DNA from: Eledone cirrhosa
Taxonomy: Eukaryota
Length of the DNA: 64,000 nt
Direction of reading: 5' to 3'
Assembly: GCA_964016885.1 (NCBI GenBank)
Contig: OZ024744.1
Coordinates: forward strand, 89,590,001-89,654,000
Positions 28,451 to 42,360 of the stretch are shown piece by piece. Every line of letters begins with the position of its first letter. Positions within the stretch are counted from its first letter, which is position 1. The translations under genes were made by a program, and so were the position numbers. The notes under the pieces were generated by a model that was given only the letters and a program-made list of their open reading frames with translations, was not told the DNA's origin and did not search any database.

Positions 28451-28653
28451 CTGTGGATTAATTTTAACAAAGATAGATAAATACATGAGGATGAATGTTG
28501 AACATGTTGGAAATATATATTGTTTAACCTTCTTAAGATATATGAAGCATAACTACGAGGATGGGCTCCCACCTTCCAGTATAAGTATTATGTCCTTTCA
28601 TATTTCATTCGGAAAATATAGCAAAAAAAAAAATTATTATTCGAAGAACTTAC

Positions 28654-28815
28654 CGGAAAAGACAAATGTCTCTTTGGAGGTGTCGTTATGAGTAGCAGCT
28701 GTGATTCTCTTGGGGATTCCACGTTGAATGGTTTCAAATTTAGATAATTTGACTAATCCTGACTCAGTTAACTTAAAGACGCCTTTCTTTTTGAAAAGGT
28801 AGAACATATTTTCCT
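28654..28815 (-). CDS. MMP hemopexin exon: ENMFYLFKKKGVFKLTESGLVKLSKFETIQRGIPKRITAATHNDTSKETFVFS
   Basis: YLFK and IP.RITAA...KETFVFSG resemble hemopexin blades. taccag acceptor, gtaagt donor, phase 1 to 1. Confidence 0.85.
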
Positions 28816-28859
28816 CTGGTAAATACAACGGTAAATGTTAATACAACGACGACGGCGAT

Positions 28860-28913
<54 letters not shown>

Positions 28914-29280
28914 AATAATAATAATAATAATAACAACAACAATAATAACAATAATAATAATAATAATTGTTTCTACTTTAGGCACAAGGCCAGCAATTAA
29001 CCAGTACATTACTGGTACTTTATTTTTAATAATAATAACAATAGAAAAAGCCCCAACACCACCACCGACATAGCCAACAACAATAACAGTCAACTTCAGC
29101 AAAAAGTATATTATATTATTAATAATAATTTCATTCTTAAGCCACGCAATGCTCACATTAAGGAACCACTCTTGATAATAACCTCTAGTCTTTATTGAAC
29201 ATGGCGGATCTTGTTGTCTCTTGAGGTCACTGGTTGTGACTTAGTGATAACTCGTGTGAACATAAAGCAAGATAAATGCA

Positions 29281-29328
<48 letters not shown>

Positions 29329-31622
29329 CATGGCTAGTTAACGGCATTACATTCCTGCTACCGAAGAATGATGAGACAAACAATCCCAAAAATTACAGAC
29401 CGATAACCTGCTTGACCACAATGTATAAAATTTTAACATCAGTCCTAACTGAATACACATATGACCACCTGATAACAAATGACCTATTTCCCATTGAGCA
29501 GAAAGGGTGTAAACGAGGCTCATATGGCTGTAAGGATCAGCTTCTGGTTAACAAAATGATACTGGAAGATTGTCATAATAGACACAAAAATCTATCGATT
29601 GCTTGGATAGATTATAAAAAAGCATTTGATAGTTTGCCACACAGTTGGATTGAAAAATGTTTAGAGATTTTCAAAATATCCCCCGTTGTCAGGAGGTTTT
29701 TGTCATTCAGTATGAGGACATGGAGAACGACACTCCTTTTGAATAGTGAAACAAAATCACTGGAAGCTGGAGAAGTTAACATTAATTGTGGAATTTTTCA
29801 GGGTGACTCTTTATCACCGCTTTTATTCTGCATCGCACTTATACCATTAAGTAAAATGCTCAATGAAACAAAACATGGATATAGAGTCTATGACAAAACC
29901 ATTAATCACCTGTTCTACATGGATGACCTGAAACTATTCGCAAAAAATGATGAACAATTGCAAGGGCTATTATCCACTGTGAAGCAGTTCAGTGATGACA
30001 TTAAAATGGAGTTTGGACTGGATAAATGCGCCAAAGCAACGTTCACCAGAGGAAAGCTGCTGAAGAGTTCAGACATTAATCTTGATCGGGGGAACGTGAT
30101 AAGAGAGCTTGATCAAGAACAAACTTACAAATATCTAGGTGTTTGTGAAGGAGACGGAATCAAGCACTCGACAATGAGGGAAAGGATAAGGAAGGAATGT
30201 TACCGCAGAGTCAGAGCAATCTTAAGAACGGAATTGAATGCAAGGAATAGGATCGATGCCATAAACACGCTTGCCATACCAGTAGTAACCTACAGTTACA
30301 ATGTCATCAACTGGTCAAGCACAGAGATCCGTAGGCTCGATACAAAAATCCGAAAATTCTTAACCATGCACAGAATGCATCACCCTAAGGCAGACATAGA
30401 TAGAATATATCTCCCTAGGAAAGAAGGAGGACGTGGGTTAATCCAGTTAGACATTGCGTTGAAAACTGCAACAATTGGATTATCCACATATCTAAGGGAA
30501 TCACATGATTGGATGATCAAACTCGTTTTGAAACACGAAAGCACCAAAAGATCATATTCCATTACAAAAGATGCACAAAGATACAGTAATGGACTACAAA
30601 TTTCAGAAGTCCCATTTACTGCTGAAATGGAAAACACAGAAAAAGCAAAGCAGGTAAAAGTAACTGCAAAGAAAGAACTGCTACAGAAACTGGCTAAGAA
30701 ATGGCAAGAAAAGCCTCTGTATGGAAAATACCCAGAGCGAGCTAACAATCCTGATGTTGACAAAACTTTAACCCATCAGTGGTTGGCATCCTCTGGACTG
30801 AAATCGGAGACTGAAGGACTGATTATATCCGCACAAGATCAGTGTCTGCCAACAAAAAATTACCAAGCCAACATAATAAAAAATGGGTGCAGCCCATTAT
30901 GCCGTGTATGTAAAAAAACAACCAGAGACCATTGACCATATAATTTCAATGTGCAGTCCTATAGCTCCAACCGAATACCTAAACAGGCATGACAGAGCTG
31001 CACAATACATACATTGGATAATGTGTAAGCATTTTGACCTGCCCCATCAAAAGAATTGGTGGGAGCATCAACCACCTCCCATACTTGAAAAAGATCACAT
31101 CTCAATCTTGTGGAACTTTAGCATCCAAACAGACCGAAAAATAGATGCAAATAGACCTGATATAATATTGAAGGACTTTCAAAGGAGGGTATGCCTGCTA
31201 ATTGATATGTCTGTTCCAATAGACAAGAATGTATCTATAAAAACATTTGAAAAATTGAGCAAGTATAAGGACCTGGAGATAGAAATTGGAAAAATGTGGA
31301 AATTGAGAACTAAAACAATACCAGTGGTTGTAGGCGCTCTGAGAATGATACCTAAGTGTCTAACGACTACTTATCGCAAATCCCAGGAAACCCGCGTATA
31401 GGAGAAATACAAAAGATAGTACTAATGGGAACTGCCCATATACTAAGGAAGATCCTGTCAATATAAGTACATCACAAGTCTAAACACTAAGGATGCATGT
31501 GTGAATATGTGTGTTCTTTCTTGAACATGGCGGACCTTGTTGTCTCTTGAGGTCACTGGTTGTGACTTGGTGATAACTCGTATAAACATAAAGCAAGATA
31601 AATAATAATAATAATAATAATA
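29329..31622 (+). mobile_element. 5'-truncated R4/Dong-like RLE non-LTR retrotransposon A
   Basis: NYRPITCL, DYKKAFDS, GIFQGDSLSP, FYMDDLKL RT. CRVC..ETIDHIISMC zinc knuckle, RHD, NRPDI..IDMSVP..K..KY endonuclease. Two frameshifts. (AAT)n on both sides. Confidence 0.93.
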
Positions 31623-33050
31623 ATGCAGTTTGGTATTGGTAAATGTGGAGTCATTGTGATGAAGAGGGGTAGGTTGAGCAGAAGTAACGGGATCCAGATA
31701 CCAACAGGTGAGATGATAAAGGAAATTGACTCTGAGGAAGGATACAAGTATTTGGGCGTTCTGGAGGCTGATGGCATAAAGAACAAAAAAATGAAGGAAT
31801 TGTTAAGAACTGAATACATTCGGAGAGTAAGGAGCGTATTGAAGTCACATCTGAACAGCAGAAATGCCATAAGCGCAGTAAATTCCCGAGCTGTGTCTAT
31901 TATTAGGTACAGTGCGGGAATTCTGAGATGGAATGTTGCTGAACAAAAAGAAATGGATAGGAAGACTAGGAAGCTATTGACTATCTACAACATGTTCCAC
32001 AACAGGAGTGATGTCGATAGACTCTACCTAAGGAGATCTGAGGGTGGAAGAGGTCTTATCAGCATAGAGGACTGTGTTCAGATGGAGAAAAACAACCTAT
32101 ACAAATACGTGACCTATAGTAAGGAGCCAATGCTCAGAGCTGTACTGAAGGAGGGGACAGTAGGCCAGGGGATATCCAAGGAGGAAATAACATCAAGGAG
32201 GAAGAGCAGCCTTAAGGGAAAATCCCATCATAGTACCTTCTTTGAGAAAACTGAATTTAGAGATCCATAGACATGGAACTGGTTGAGAAGAGGAGACCTC
32301 AAAAAGGCTACAGAAGGAATTCTAATGGCTGCGCAGGAGCAGGCCCTCAAAACGAAGTGGTTGAAGCACCATATCTACAAGGAGGAGGCTAGCCCACTGT
32401 GCAGGATCTGTGGAGAGAGAGAGGAGACTGTGGCTCACATTGTGTCCGAGTGTAAACACCTAGCCCAGACCCACTATAAGGGCTGGAGACAGATGTGATG
32501 GGCAGGGTGATCCACTGGCACCTGTGCAAAGTAAACAATCTACCACATTCTGAGAAATGGTATGAGCATAGGCCAGAGGCGGTGATGGAGAACAGTCAGG
32601 TGAAGGTGCTGTGGGATTTTAGGATACAGACGGACAAAAAACTGGAACACAATAGACCTGACCTGGTGGTTGTGGACAAAGAAAAAAGATCGTGCCTGAT
32701 TGTGGATGTGGCCTGCCCGTTCGACACGAGAGTGCAAGAGAAGGAGAGGGAGAAAATTAACCGATACCAGGACCTAAAGTGGGAGGTGAAAAGGATTTGG
32801 AACTGCCATGAAGTCAAAGTGATCCCGATTGTCATAGGCGCACTGGGGACTATCTCCAAAGGTTTCCAGGGATGGTTAAAGAAAATCGGCCCCTTCACGC
32901 TTTTTGGAACGCTTCAAAAGGCATTCTTGCTTGGAACAGCAAGAACCCTCCGATACGTCCTGAATATCTGAGGCTGCAGGTAGTGGCTTGATATTCAATC
33001 CAACGGACTTTCCAGTTAACCAACATCAATGACTGAGATTCAAGGAATAA
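31623..33050 (+). mobile_element. 5'-truncated R4/Dong-like element B (3' end duplicated at 33362-33596)
   Basis: MQFGIGKC, YKYLGV, DVDRLYL.R..GGRGL, CRICGEREETVAHIVSEC, NRPDLV..IVDVACP. (AAT)n on both sides. Confidence 0.92.
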
Positions 33051-33077
33051 CAATAACAATAATAATAATAATAATAA

Positions 33078-33790
33078 TAATTGTTTCTACTTTAGGCACA
33101 AGGCCAGCAAATACCCAGTGCATTACTGGTACTTTATTTTATCGACCCCGTAAGGATGAAAGGCAAAGTCAACCTCGGTGGGATTTGAACTCAGATCGTA
33201 ATAATAATAATAATTGTTTCTACGTTAGGCACAAGGCCAGCAATTACCCAGTGCATTACTGGTACTTTATTTTATCGACCCCGTAAGGATGAAAGGCAAA
33301 GTTAACCTCGGCGGGATTTGAACTCAGAATGGCAAGGGCCGTAACTCTATACGTCAAAGCAATGAAGTCAAAGTGGTCCCGATTGTCATAGGCGCACTAG
33401 GGACTATCTCAAAGAGTCTCCAAGGATGGTTAAAGAAAATTGGCTCCGCCCCGCTTTTTGGAACACTTCAAAAGGCATGCTTGCTGGGAACAGCAAGAAC
33501 CCTCCGATACGTCCTGAATATCTGAGGCTGCTGGTAGTGGCTTGATATTCATTTCAACAAACTTTCCAGTTAACTAACATCAATGACTGAGACTCAATAA
33601 TAATAATAATTGTTTCTACTTTAGGCACAAGGCCAGCAATTACCTAGTGTATTACTGGTACTTTATTTTATCGACCCCGTAAGGATGAAAGGCAAAGTCA
33701 ACCTCGGCAGGATTTGAACTCAGATCGTAAAGGGACGTAACTATGCTGGAAAGCATGGCGTCCGACCCTCTACTGATACTGCCAATCCAC
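33078..33790 (-). mobile_element. Three copies of the same SINE between Dong-like elements (others at 23988-24105, 28966-29025, 35605-35825, 44688-44870, 44883-45067)
   Basis: Same consensus as the 49.9-56.4 kb cluster. Confidence 0.85.
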
Positions 33791-33804
33791 AATAATAATA
33801 ATAG

Positions 33805-35595
33805 TTATAGAATTGACAACAAAAAAATAAGCCACCTATTTTATATGGATGATTTGAAGCTATATTTCAAAGATAATGACGAACTGGAAGGCCTTTTGCC
33901 GACATTAAAAACGTTTAGCCATGACATCAGGATGGAGTTTGGACTTGACAAGTGTGCAAAAGCCACTTTCAAGAAGGGGAAGCTTGTCAACTCAGACTCA
34001 GTTGAATTGGATGCTGAAACAATCATAAAGGAACTTGAGCAGGAACAAACCTATAAATACTTAGGGATTAATGAGGGCTCTGGCATACAGCATGCAAGTA
34101 TGAAAGAGAGGAGAAGGAAATAATGTTATAGGAGAGTATGTGCAGTTCTGAGATCAGAACTAAACGCTCGTAACAAGGTGCTAGCCATAAATTCCTTGGC
34201 AGTCCCAGTTGTCACTTATAGCTTCGGTGTGTTGAACTGGAATATGAGTGAAATCAAAAGAATCGACACCAAAGTCCGTAAGCTACTGACCTGTAATAGG
34301 ATGCACCGCCCAAAAGCAGATGTGGATCGTCTTTACCTTCCTAGAACTCAAGGAGGCCGTGGCCTGATCCAATTTGAACTTGCTTACAAGACCACCATCA
34401 TTGGACTGGCCAAATACCTTGAAACAACTAACGGCTGTATGCTGAAACTTGTTGAAAAGCATGAGAGAAGTAAGAAGCTTCCTTCTATCTTGAAGGAGAG
34501 CAAACAATATTCTACTGATCTCATGCTTGATACCCAGGCTGGACAGACTAAAGAAACTGTTGCAACTGATGCTGCTAGGCACATGAAATCACTGGCAAAA
34601 GCAAAAGGGCAAGGACAATCAGTATCAAATTGGGAGCAGAAACCTCTGCATGGCAAATATGTGGCCCGTAGCAAACAAGCTGATGTTGACCAAAAGCACA
34701 CCCATCAGTGACTACGTAGTTCAGGGCTAAAGGTGGAGAGTGAAGGCTTCATCTTAGCTCCACAAGATCAAAGCTTATTGACTCGTAATTACCAGGCCAA
34801 TGTGATGAGAAACGGAATAAACTCAAAGTGCCGATTCTGCAATACTGAGGTTGAAACAGTGGATCACTTAGTCTCTGGATGTAAAGTTTTAGCACCAGTA
34901 GAATACAAATATAGACACGACAGAGTTGGCCAATATCTACACTGGGTAATATGTCGGCATTACAAAATCAAAGCTGAAGACAAGTGGTACAATCATCACC
35001 TTGAAGCTGTAACTGAAGGAGAAAAAATAACAATTCTCTGGGACTTTCCTGTACATACTGACAGGAACATAAAAGCAAATAGACCTGACATCATTGTAAA
35101 AGATCAACATAATAAGGTCTGTTTGTTCATAGATATGAGCATCCCATGTGATCACAATATCGCGGCAAAAGAATTTGACAAGCTACGAAAATATAAAGAT
35201 CTGCTTATTGAAATTGAGAAAATGTGGCACCTCAAGGCCGTTACAATACCAGTGATTGTGGGAGGGCTGGGAATGATCAAGAAAGGAACAGAACAATATC
35301 TGCGAATGATTCCTGGTTTACCCTCTCTGCACGAGGTGCAAAGAATTGTTTTGCCTGGTACTGCACACGTATTGAGAAGAGCACTATCTCTGTAAGATTG
35401 ATATCCCTCCTTGTATTTATATATGCATATGCACATGTGTATATATGTATAATGTTGTTGTTTTTTTAAATTATAATCAATATGCTGTATTAACTGGCTT
35501 ACCAATGCACACTATGAGTTTATTTGCCCTAGGTGTCAGGAAGACACTCGGCATATATCTCAGAAACAATAATGAAAGAAAATAAAAACAATGAT
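33805..35595 (+). mobile_element. 5'-truncated R4/Dong-like element C
   Basis: HLFYMDDLKL, CRFC..ETVDHLVSGC, RHD, NRPDII..IDMSIP. In-frame stops. (AAT)n flanks. Confidence 0.92.
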
Positions 35596-35820
35596 AATAA
35601 TAATAATTGTTTCTATTTTAGGCAGAAAGCCAGCCAGCAATTTTTGAGTGGAAGGGGAAAGTAGATTATATCAACACCAGTACGTTACTGGTACTATATT
35701 TTATCAACCCCCGTAATGATGAAAGGCAAAGTTAACCTTAGCGGGATTTGAACTCAGAACGTAAAGAACTGTAACTCTATGCCGCTAAGCACGGCGTCTG
35801 ACGCTCTACCGATACTGTCC

Positions 35821-36058
35821 AACCTCCGTCATAATATGGTTGATGAAAACAGAAACAATCCCTTTAATAAAAGGAACTCTTCGAATAATAAAATAACATT
35901 GGATTTAATCATATATGTGGTAAACATAATACATGTGATATGGCATTTCACATGTATTATGTTTACCACATATATGATTGAATCCAATGTTATTTTATTA
36001 TTCGAAGAGTTCCTTTTATTAAAGGGATCTGTTTTCATCAACCATATTATGACGGAGG
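35821..36058. repeat. Near-perfect palindrome (arms about 110 bp) abutting (TA)n
   Basis: CCTCCGTCATAATATGGTTGATGAAAACAGA... is mirrored by ...TCTGTTTTCATCAACCATATTATGACGGAGG. Confidence 0.9.
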
Positions 36059-36114
<56 letters not shown>

Positions 36115-36155
36115 CGAAACATAAGTCAATTGCATGAACTCATAATCCTTTATTT

Positions 36156-36213
36156 ACTGCTATATATATATTTCGATGATAGCCATTGAATGGCTATGAC
36201 CTCATCAGGCAGT
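36156..36213 (-). ncRNA. Type I hammerhead ribozyme, intronic and sense to MMP
   Basis: Minus: ACTGC-CTGATGA-..ATAGCCAttcaaTGGCTAT..-GAAA-(TA)n-TA-GCAGT. Confidence 0.8.
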
Positions 36214-36352
36214 TAGTCAGTTCTTAGATATGCCATCTCTGTGTTTATGGTGTTGATGGTATCAGAGCCTTGGGACATATATATATATATGTGGCTTTCT
36301 AAACTACATATTTTACATATTTCACAATGCTTCAAGCAAACTTTAACACCCT

Positions 36353-36442
<90 letters not shown>

Positions 36443-36443
<1 letters not shown>

Positions 36444-36475
36444 TAGACCACCCGTGACCCGTTGGGTCACGTTCA
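36443..36475 (-). mobile_element. Helitron-like 3' terminus
   Basis: Minus strand: hairpin CGTGACCC-aac-GGGTCACG followed by GGTGGTCTAG|T. Confidence 0.5.
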
Positions 36476-36656
36476 CTTCAAACTATTTTTTTATAAATCA
36501 TGTTCACTTAAAAATAAATTTTAAATAATCAAAATATACACAGGCATGTAGTATATAATGTGAAAAGAAATTAGAAGGCTCATATATATATATATATATA
36601 TACGTGTGTGTATGTATATATATAAATGTGTGTGTTTGTATACATATATATATGTA

Positions 36657-36704
<48 letters not shown>

Positions 36705-36919
36705 GGTGTCTGTGATCTATATACACTGGTCATAGACACACACACACATATACACACTCATATATATATATATATATATACGTGTGTGTATGTATATATA
36801 TAAATGTGTGTGTGTGTATACATATATATATGTATGTGTGTGTATATATATATATATATATGTGGGTGTCTGTGATCTATATACACTGGTCATAGACACA
36901 CACACACATATATACACTC

Positions 36920-36951
<32 letters not shown>

Positions 36952-36952
36952 T

Positions 36953-36999
<47 letters not shown>

Positions 37000-37062
37000 T
37001 CAACACAACCAGCTCCTTCTCTTCCATTCTCCTTCTCTGTCTCTTCTCTCTCTATCTCTCTC

Positions 37063-37095
<33 letters not shown>

Positions 37096-37852
37096 GTTTA
37101 TGAAGGTACCCAGAAGCACCCCCATATCTCGGGAACCGGTGTCCGTTTTATGCGAAACTTGTTTTATTCCATTTGTATTCCTATTTCAGGGGCAACTTCC
37201 TTTCAAAGTATTTTCCCATCGTGCGCCCTTTTGGCTGTATTATATTACAGACAAGCAAGCAAGCAATCACAGAATTTTATTTATATATATATATATATAT
37301 ATGTTATACTTTGGGAGGGTCATGTTGCGAATAAGAAACACACGCACCAGTTGCTTTCACTTCAATTTATTATAATAAATTTATAAATTTAGGAATTTAT
37401 AAATTTCCGGTTGGTTGGTTGGTTCCACAACCAGATGGTTGTTTATATATTGTCAAAGTTCTTTCGTCACACATTATGTGACCTCTTCAGTGACTGGGGA
37501 TTCTTTTCTTTGTTTTTGTGCCTCTCTTTTGTTCTGTCCTACGCCATCTTGTTTATACATACTATAAATTATGTCCATAGAATCATTTGATAAGATATAT
37601 ACACCATTTCCTCTCCCAAACAGCATAATCAACCACACATAAAACAATTAAACCAGGCTATAAGATTAAAATGCATCTATGAAGAAATAATAGATAAATA
37701 AACGACAGCCATCTATTCGCGATCAACAGCTATAGAATATTTACCCACCATTTCTATAGCACGTGGAAATCGACTAAATATATCGTCAACCATACTGTAC
37801 ACAATTAGGTATAAAATTAAAGCTAGAAGAAAAAATGTATATAAACATACCA

Positions 37853-37965
<113 letters not shown>

Positions 37966-38443
37966 AGACGGTTTTATTCGCACATTCCTATTTTATTTGT
38001 TATACGTATTTCCAAGATGTAAAGTAGTTAGTTATATTATACGTTCTCTTCAGACAAACATACAAACGAGATGTAATTTCCATTAATATGTTACCACTCG
38101 GACACGTGTTAATCACCTCGCCGATCAATACCGTGGGTGGAGTGCTTCACTTTGTAGTGAAAGTGAAAACCAATAGGAGCGTGGGTTTTTTATTGGCAGC
38201 AAATTTATTTCAAGAGGATTTTCGGTTACATTGACACCCCTGCAATTGCTTGGTACTTAATGTTATTGATCTCGCAAAGATGAAATACAAAGTTTAACAT
38301 CCACAGAATTGGAATTCATAACGTAATGGAACCTAACTAAATACCGCAGGGAAAAGTTTTACGATACTCTCCTGATTTTCTCATCTATCGACATTCCATC
38401 GAAATGTTTGAAAAAGAAAAGGATTTCTAAGAAAGATTTAAAG

Positions 38444-38734
38444 CAGGCATCGGCAATCTTTTTCGAGAAGCCGGCCGCATGAGATATGGCTCATCATTAG
38501 GCTAGCCGCAAGTGCTAATTTATATTCGTGTCCACATTAAAAAAAGGGTGGTAACTCAGGTTGTTTTGATTTGTTTCTTCAGAATTCGTACACGTTGTTT
38601 TCCTCGGTCGTAAAAACGATAGAAAGATAAATTACGATTGAAAAGTTGGAGTGAAAAAAATCAGAAAGATTTCGCTTGGGTGACTTAGGCGAGCCATTCA
38701 GAAAGCTTCATGGGACGCAGGTTGCACATGATTG
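38444..38734. mobile_element. Non-autonomous hAT-like MITE (second copy in opposite orientation at 24488-24742)
   Basis: Imperfect TIRs CAGGCATCGGCAA.. / ..GTTGCACATGATTG. The two copies are clearly homologous. Confidence 0.65.
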
Positions 38735-39913
38735 ATTTAAAGAATAGAAAGAACAACGCCACCACCACTACAAACTCACATGACACATCCAGTCACTAGC
38801 TATCACACCTCTCTAACAGATATCACCTTTTAGAAAAGAGGAAAGAAACATAAATTACGATTCTTATATAATTTTGTACAGCGGCCCGTCTGAGGAAGGT
38901 GGTGTGGCTGTTGTAGCAGGTGTCGCTGGCTATTGTCGGCGGGAATTCTTTTGCGGCCTTGTCACTACGCTCTAAGCCCAGAGCCCATCATCCTCCCCTC
39001 TTCCTCCTCTCCTTTCACATTCTTCTGTGACACTAGAGCACTTTCCTTTGTTTACCTTTTCCGTTGTTTTTATATTTTCTTATTTTACATTCTGTTCTTT
39101 CTTCTCAATCTATTTTTTCTTTTTCTATTAAATTGGTTTAATAGTATATCTGTTAGACACGCAGTGACTAACAACAGAATGTTTTAAATCTGCGTGTTCT
39201 GACATATATGCGTAGCTTGTGAATAAAAAATTCAAGGGGTTTCGCTGGCCGTGGTGATCACTGCTAAACATCTTTTGTAATGTATCATCTTATTGGCTAA
39301 TCAACCAATGTGAGTAATTGTTGCTCAAAAGCATCCGCCACTGTGTTTGTACGTTTATTTATCGTTTCGCTTTTGAAAGAGACTCATAACGAACTCAAGA
39401 CGACACGATAATTATTTAAGTGAATTTATAATATAGAATTCGGTTTAAGTGCATTTCGTATTAATCATTACTAAACATTTAAATAATTATCGTGTCGTCT
39501 TGAGTTCGTTATGAGTCTCTTTTGTATAAAAGGATGCCACAGAGTGTACGATAGATAATGATTACAATATTTTTGAGCAACAACTCTAGTCCCACACTTT
39601 CTGTGGCTCTTTTGAGCTTGCACATTTTTCAGGTCTAGTTTATATATACGTGATTTTGTACATAAAAATTATGGGAAATATCGTATACTTTCTAAAAATA
39701 GGTTACGGCTGAAATGAGATTATATTTTCCAGCTGGTCGTGTGACTACATGGAGTCTCGTTCTTAGACTTGATGCAGTATGTTTTGAACTTATAAAATAA
39801 ATATTGGGTCGTCAAGTATGAAATTTCTAGAAATTTGTAGAAAAAAAAAACAAATTTCTAAAATTTCATACTTGACGACCCATCTTGGTATATTTTAATG
39901 AATTATATATTAT

Positions 39914-40175
39914 GGTGAAGGCGTCTGGCTAAGTGGTTAGAGAATTGGATTCGCAATTGTGAGGTTGTGATTTCGATTCCCGGGGCCGGGCGATGTGCTA
40001 TGTCCTTGAGCAAGACACTTTATTTCATGCTGCTCCTTCTACCTGGATTTGCGACCGACAGATAGTATTAGCAATTGGAAAGACCAATGGAAATATTGTT
40101 TCCTCGGTCCAATTTGACGAGCTCCAGCCCCACTCGTTAGGCGAATGAGGTCTGAGATCTTGTCAATCGACTTTC
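39914..40175 (+). mobile_element. Second tRNA-derived SINE type (related copies 43092-43390 plus; 24830-25110, 57762-57950 and 22270-22490 minus)
   Basis: TGGCTAAGTGGTTAG A box, TTCGATTCC B box, TGTCCTTGAGCAAGACACTT central domain. Confidence 0.75.
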
Positions 40176-40176
40176 C

Positions 40177-40580
40177 ATCATCATCATCAACATTTTACGT
40201 CCGCTTTTCCTTGCTTGCAAGGGTGGGACGGGTCCTCTCCATTCTTCACGGTCCGTCGTCATCTCCTCGGTCAGCTGTCACCACCTCCACCCATGATTTT
40301 CGTGGTCTTCCTCTACTGCGTCTTCCTTCTACTGGGATTTCTTGGCACTTCTTTACCCAGTGGTCATCCTCCATGCGCACCACATGTCCATACCAACACT
40401 GTCTTCTCTCCCGCACACTACAGCTTATCCCTCTTATACACAGTTTCTCTCTCAACTCATCTATGCTTGGTCGTTCACGCACATTAGCATTGCACATTCA
40501 ACGGAGCATACTTGCTTCATTTCTCTCCAGCCATCGCATATCCTCCGCATTTGTTGCTCATGCCTCACTATTATACCAAA
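40177..40580 (-). mobile_element. 3' fragment of an RTE-like non-LTR element with a (GAT)n tail
   Basis: ELREKL..RRQCWYGHVVRM..VEGRRSRGRPRKSW. (GAT)n tail at 40177-40188. Confidence 0.8.
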
Positions 40581-40683
40581 TTCATATTTATAGTCCGCAA
40601 ACTACATAAATGTAATTTATTCCAATACCACAACAGAAATTAATTTCGTGAATAATTCAATAAAATAAAATTGATAAACTTAC

Positions 40684-40977
40684 TGTACATAATAGCGTTG
40701 TGTTTAAAAGGACAAGGCAATGTTACGTTGTCATCCACAGATGTAGATGTGGTAGTAGAGTATCGTGGTGTACTTTTACGGGTTGGCCTTGTCATAAGTG
40801 TAGTTCTTTTAAGTTTTGTAGTTTGTGATGGACTAGTAGGTTTAGTAGCAGACTCTTCTGTCGTCTTTGTCGCCTTTGTCGTCTTTGTTGCCTCTGTCGT
40901 CTTTCTCACCTCTGTTGTCTCTGTCGCCTTTGTCGTCTCTGTAGTTTTTGCAGTAGTTGGCTTCGTACTCGGCTCTC
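40684..40977 (-). CDS. MMP Thr/Lys-rich hinge exon ending at the start of the hemopexin domain (…LPCPFKHNAIMY)
   Basis: aacag acceptor, gtaagt donor, 294 nt, phase 1 to 1, open frame (inside ORF 40640..41158). Ends with the first hemopexin Cys. Confidence 0.88.
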
Positions 40978-41164
40978 CTGTTCGACAAAAGACAGATAAA
41001 GTTGTAGCAAACTCCATTAAAACAATATAAACAATAGAAAAAGATGTTCTGAATTGATGTGTTTTTTTGTTTTTTTCAATAAACACACGCAAATATATGT
41101 GAATTGTTCTAAGGTTATATATACATACATACATACATACATACATACATACATACATACATAC

Positions 41165-41823
41165 ATGGTGGCTGCCAACTCGTTTTCGAGTACGGCCACT
41201 ACTTTATATCCATGTAGGAGAACTCCTACCGATGCGCTGAACGAGTGTGACTTTTTAGTCGAGCCAGCGACTTGAAAACTCTGGTACAAACACTACACTT
41301 GTGACAATTATTGACACATAGTGCTGGGCCCATGGTACCATGTGACGACAAGTGCAGAGAGATCTCCAGATATAAAGCAATGCCTGTGCCGTGAAGCTTT
41401 TATAGTGAGCAAAGGCACAGCACAAAGCCAGTCCCACTCTCTTAACCAAGATGATATTTACCAAAAAGAAGAACAAGTCAACATCATTGGATACCATCAG
41501 GGTTGCAGGTGTTATATCAGAGTTTTCCTTCTCCTATAATTCTGCCTTGACAAAGGCTAAGGGGTCATCTCTCCCAGTGATTTTGGATGGCCATTGACTC
41601 TTAAGAGCTCCTTTGCCCTTTGACAGGTTTTGTTTTTAGTCCTGCAGGATGTCCAAAGTCACCCTCCTCACCAAGAAACCTTGGTGGGGTTGCCAGTTTA
41701 GTCGCCAACGACCCGACCATGAGACAGGTTGTACTGGGATACATGTTACCAGTAGCACCAACTGGTGACCTGACATACATACATACATACATACATACAT
41801 ACATACATACATACATACATACA

Positions 41824-41854
<31 letters not shown>

Positions 41855-41950
41855 GGTGGCTGCCAACGCGTTTTCGAGTACGGCCACTACTTTATATCCA
41901 TGTAGGAGAACCCCTACCGATGCGCTGAACGAGTGTGACTTTTTAGTCAC
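41165..41950. repeat. Unclassified dispersed repeat bounded by (ACAT)n, partly duplicated at 41855-41950 and 45173-45468
   Basis: Shared segments are near-identical. Consistently adjacent to (ACAT)n tracts. Confidence 0.7.
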
Positions 41951-41983
41951 ATATATGTATATATATACATACACACACATATT

Positions 41984-42021
<38 letters not shown>

Positions 42022-42026
42022 TATTA

Positions 42027-42063
<37 letters not shown>

Positions 42064-42290
42064 TGTGAACTGCGGAATACTTTAATTCCGATCTTTGTAT
42101 ATTTAACGAGCTCCAGTTTGTTGAGCTAATAAATTCGAATTGTTGAGCTGCCCTCTCTAGCATTTCCCCCAATTCATGAGAGCCGCTAGTTGATGCAAAT
42201 AACACGTGATTTCGCCCTACTATGAGCAGCGTGTTATTAGCTTTTTCTCTATCCATTAGGCTAGATGTGTCGTGAACAGTACCCATACTT

Positions 42291-42360
42291 GCTGACTGAG
42301 GATCCTATGGGCTGTTATACTGCACATTTCTGTGGTGAAACGAACTAAATTCGTATCAAC
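42291..42360 (+). ncRNA. Type I hammerhead-like motif with a stable stem III
   Basis: GCTGA-CTGAGGA-...-GAAAC-GAActaaaTTC-GTA-TCAAC. Stem II is imperfect. Confidence 0.6.

Noticed and set aside
30380-35505. Minus-strand ORFs overlapping the RLE elements
   Set aside because: They are antisense shadows of retrotransposon coding sequence with no motifs.
39540-39830. Possible extra hemopexin exon
   Set aside because: No convincing open frame or motif, and exon 40684-40977 already joins in phase to 28654-28815.
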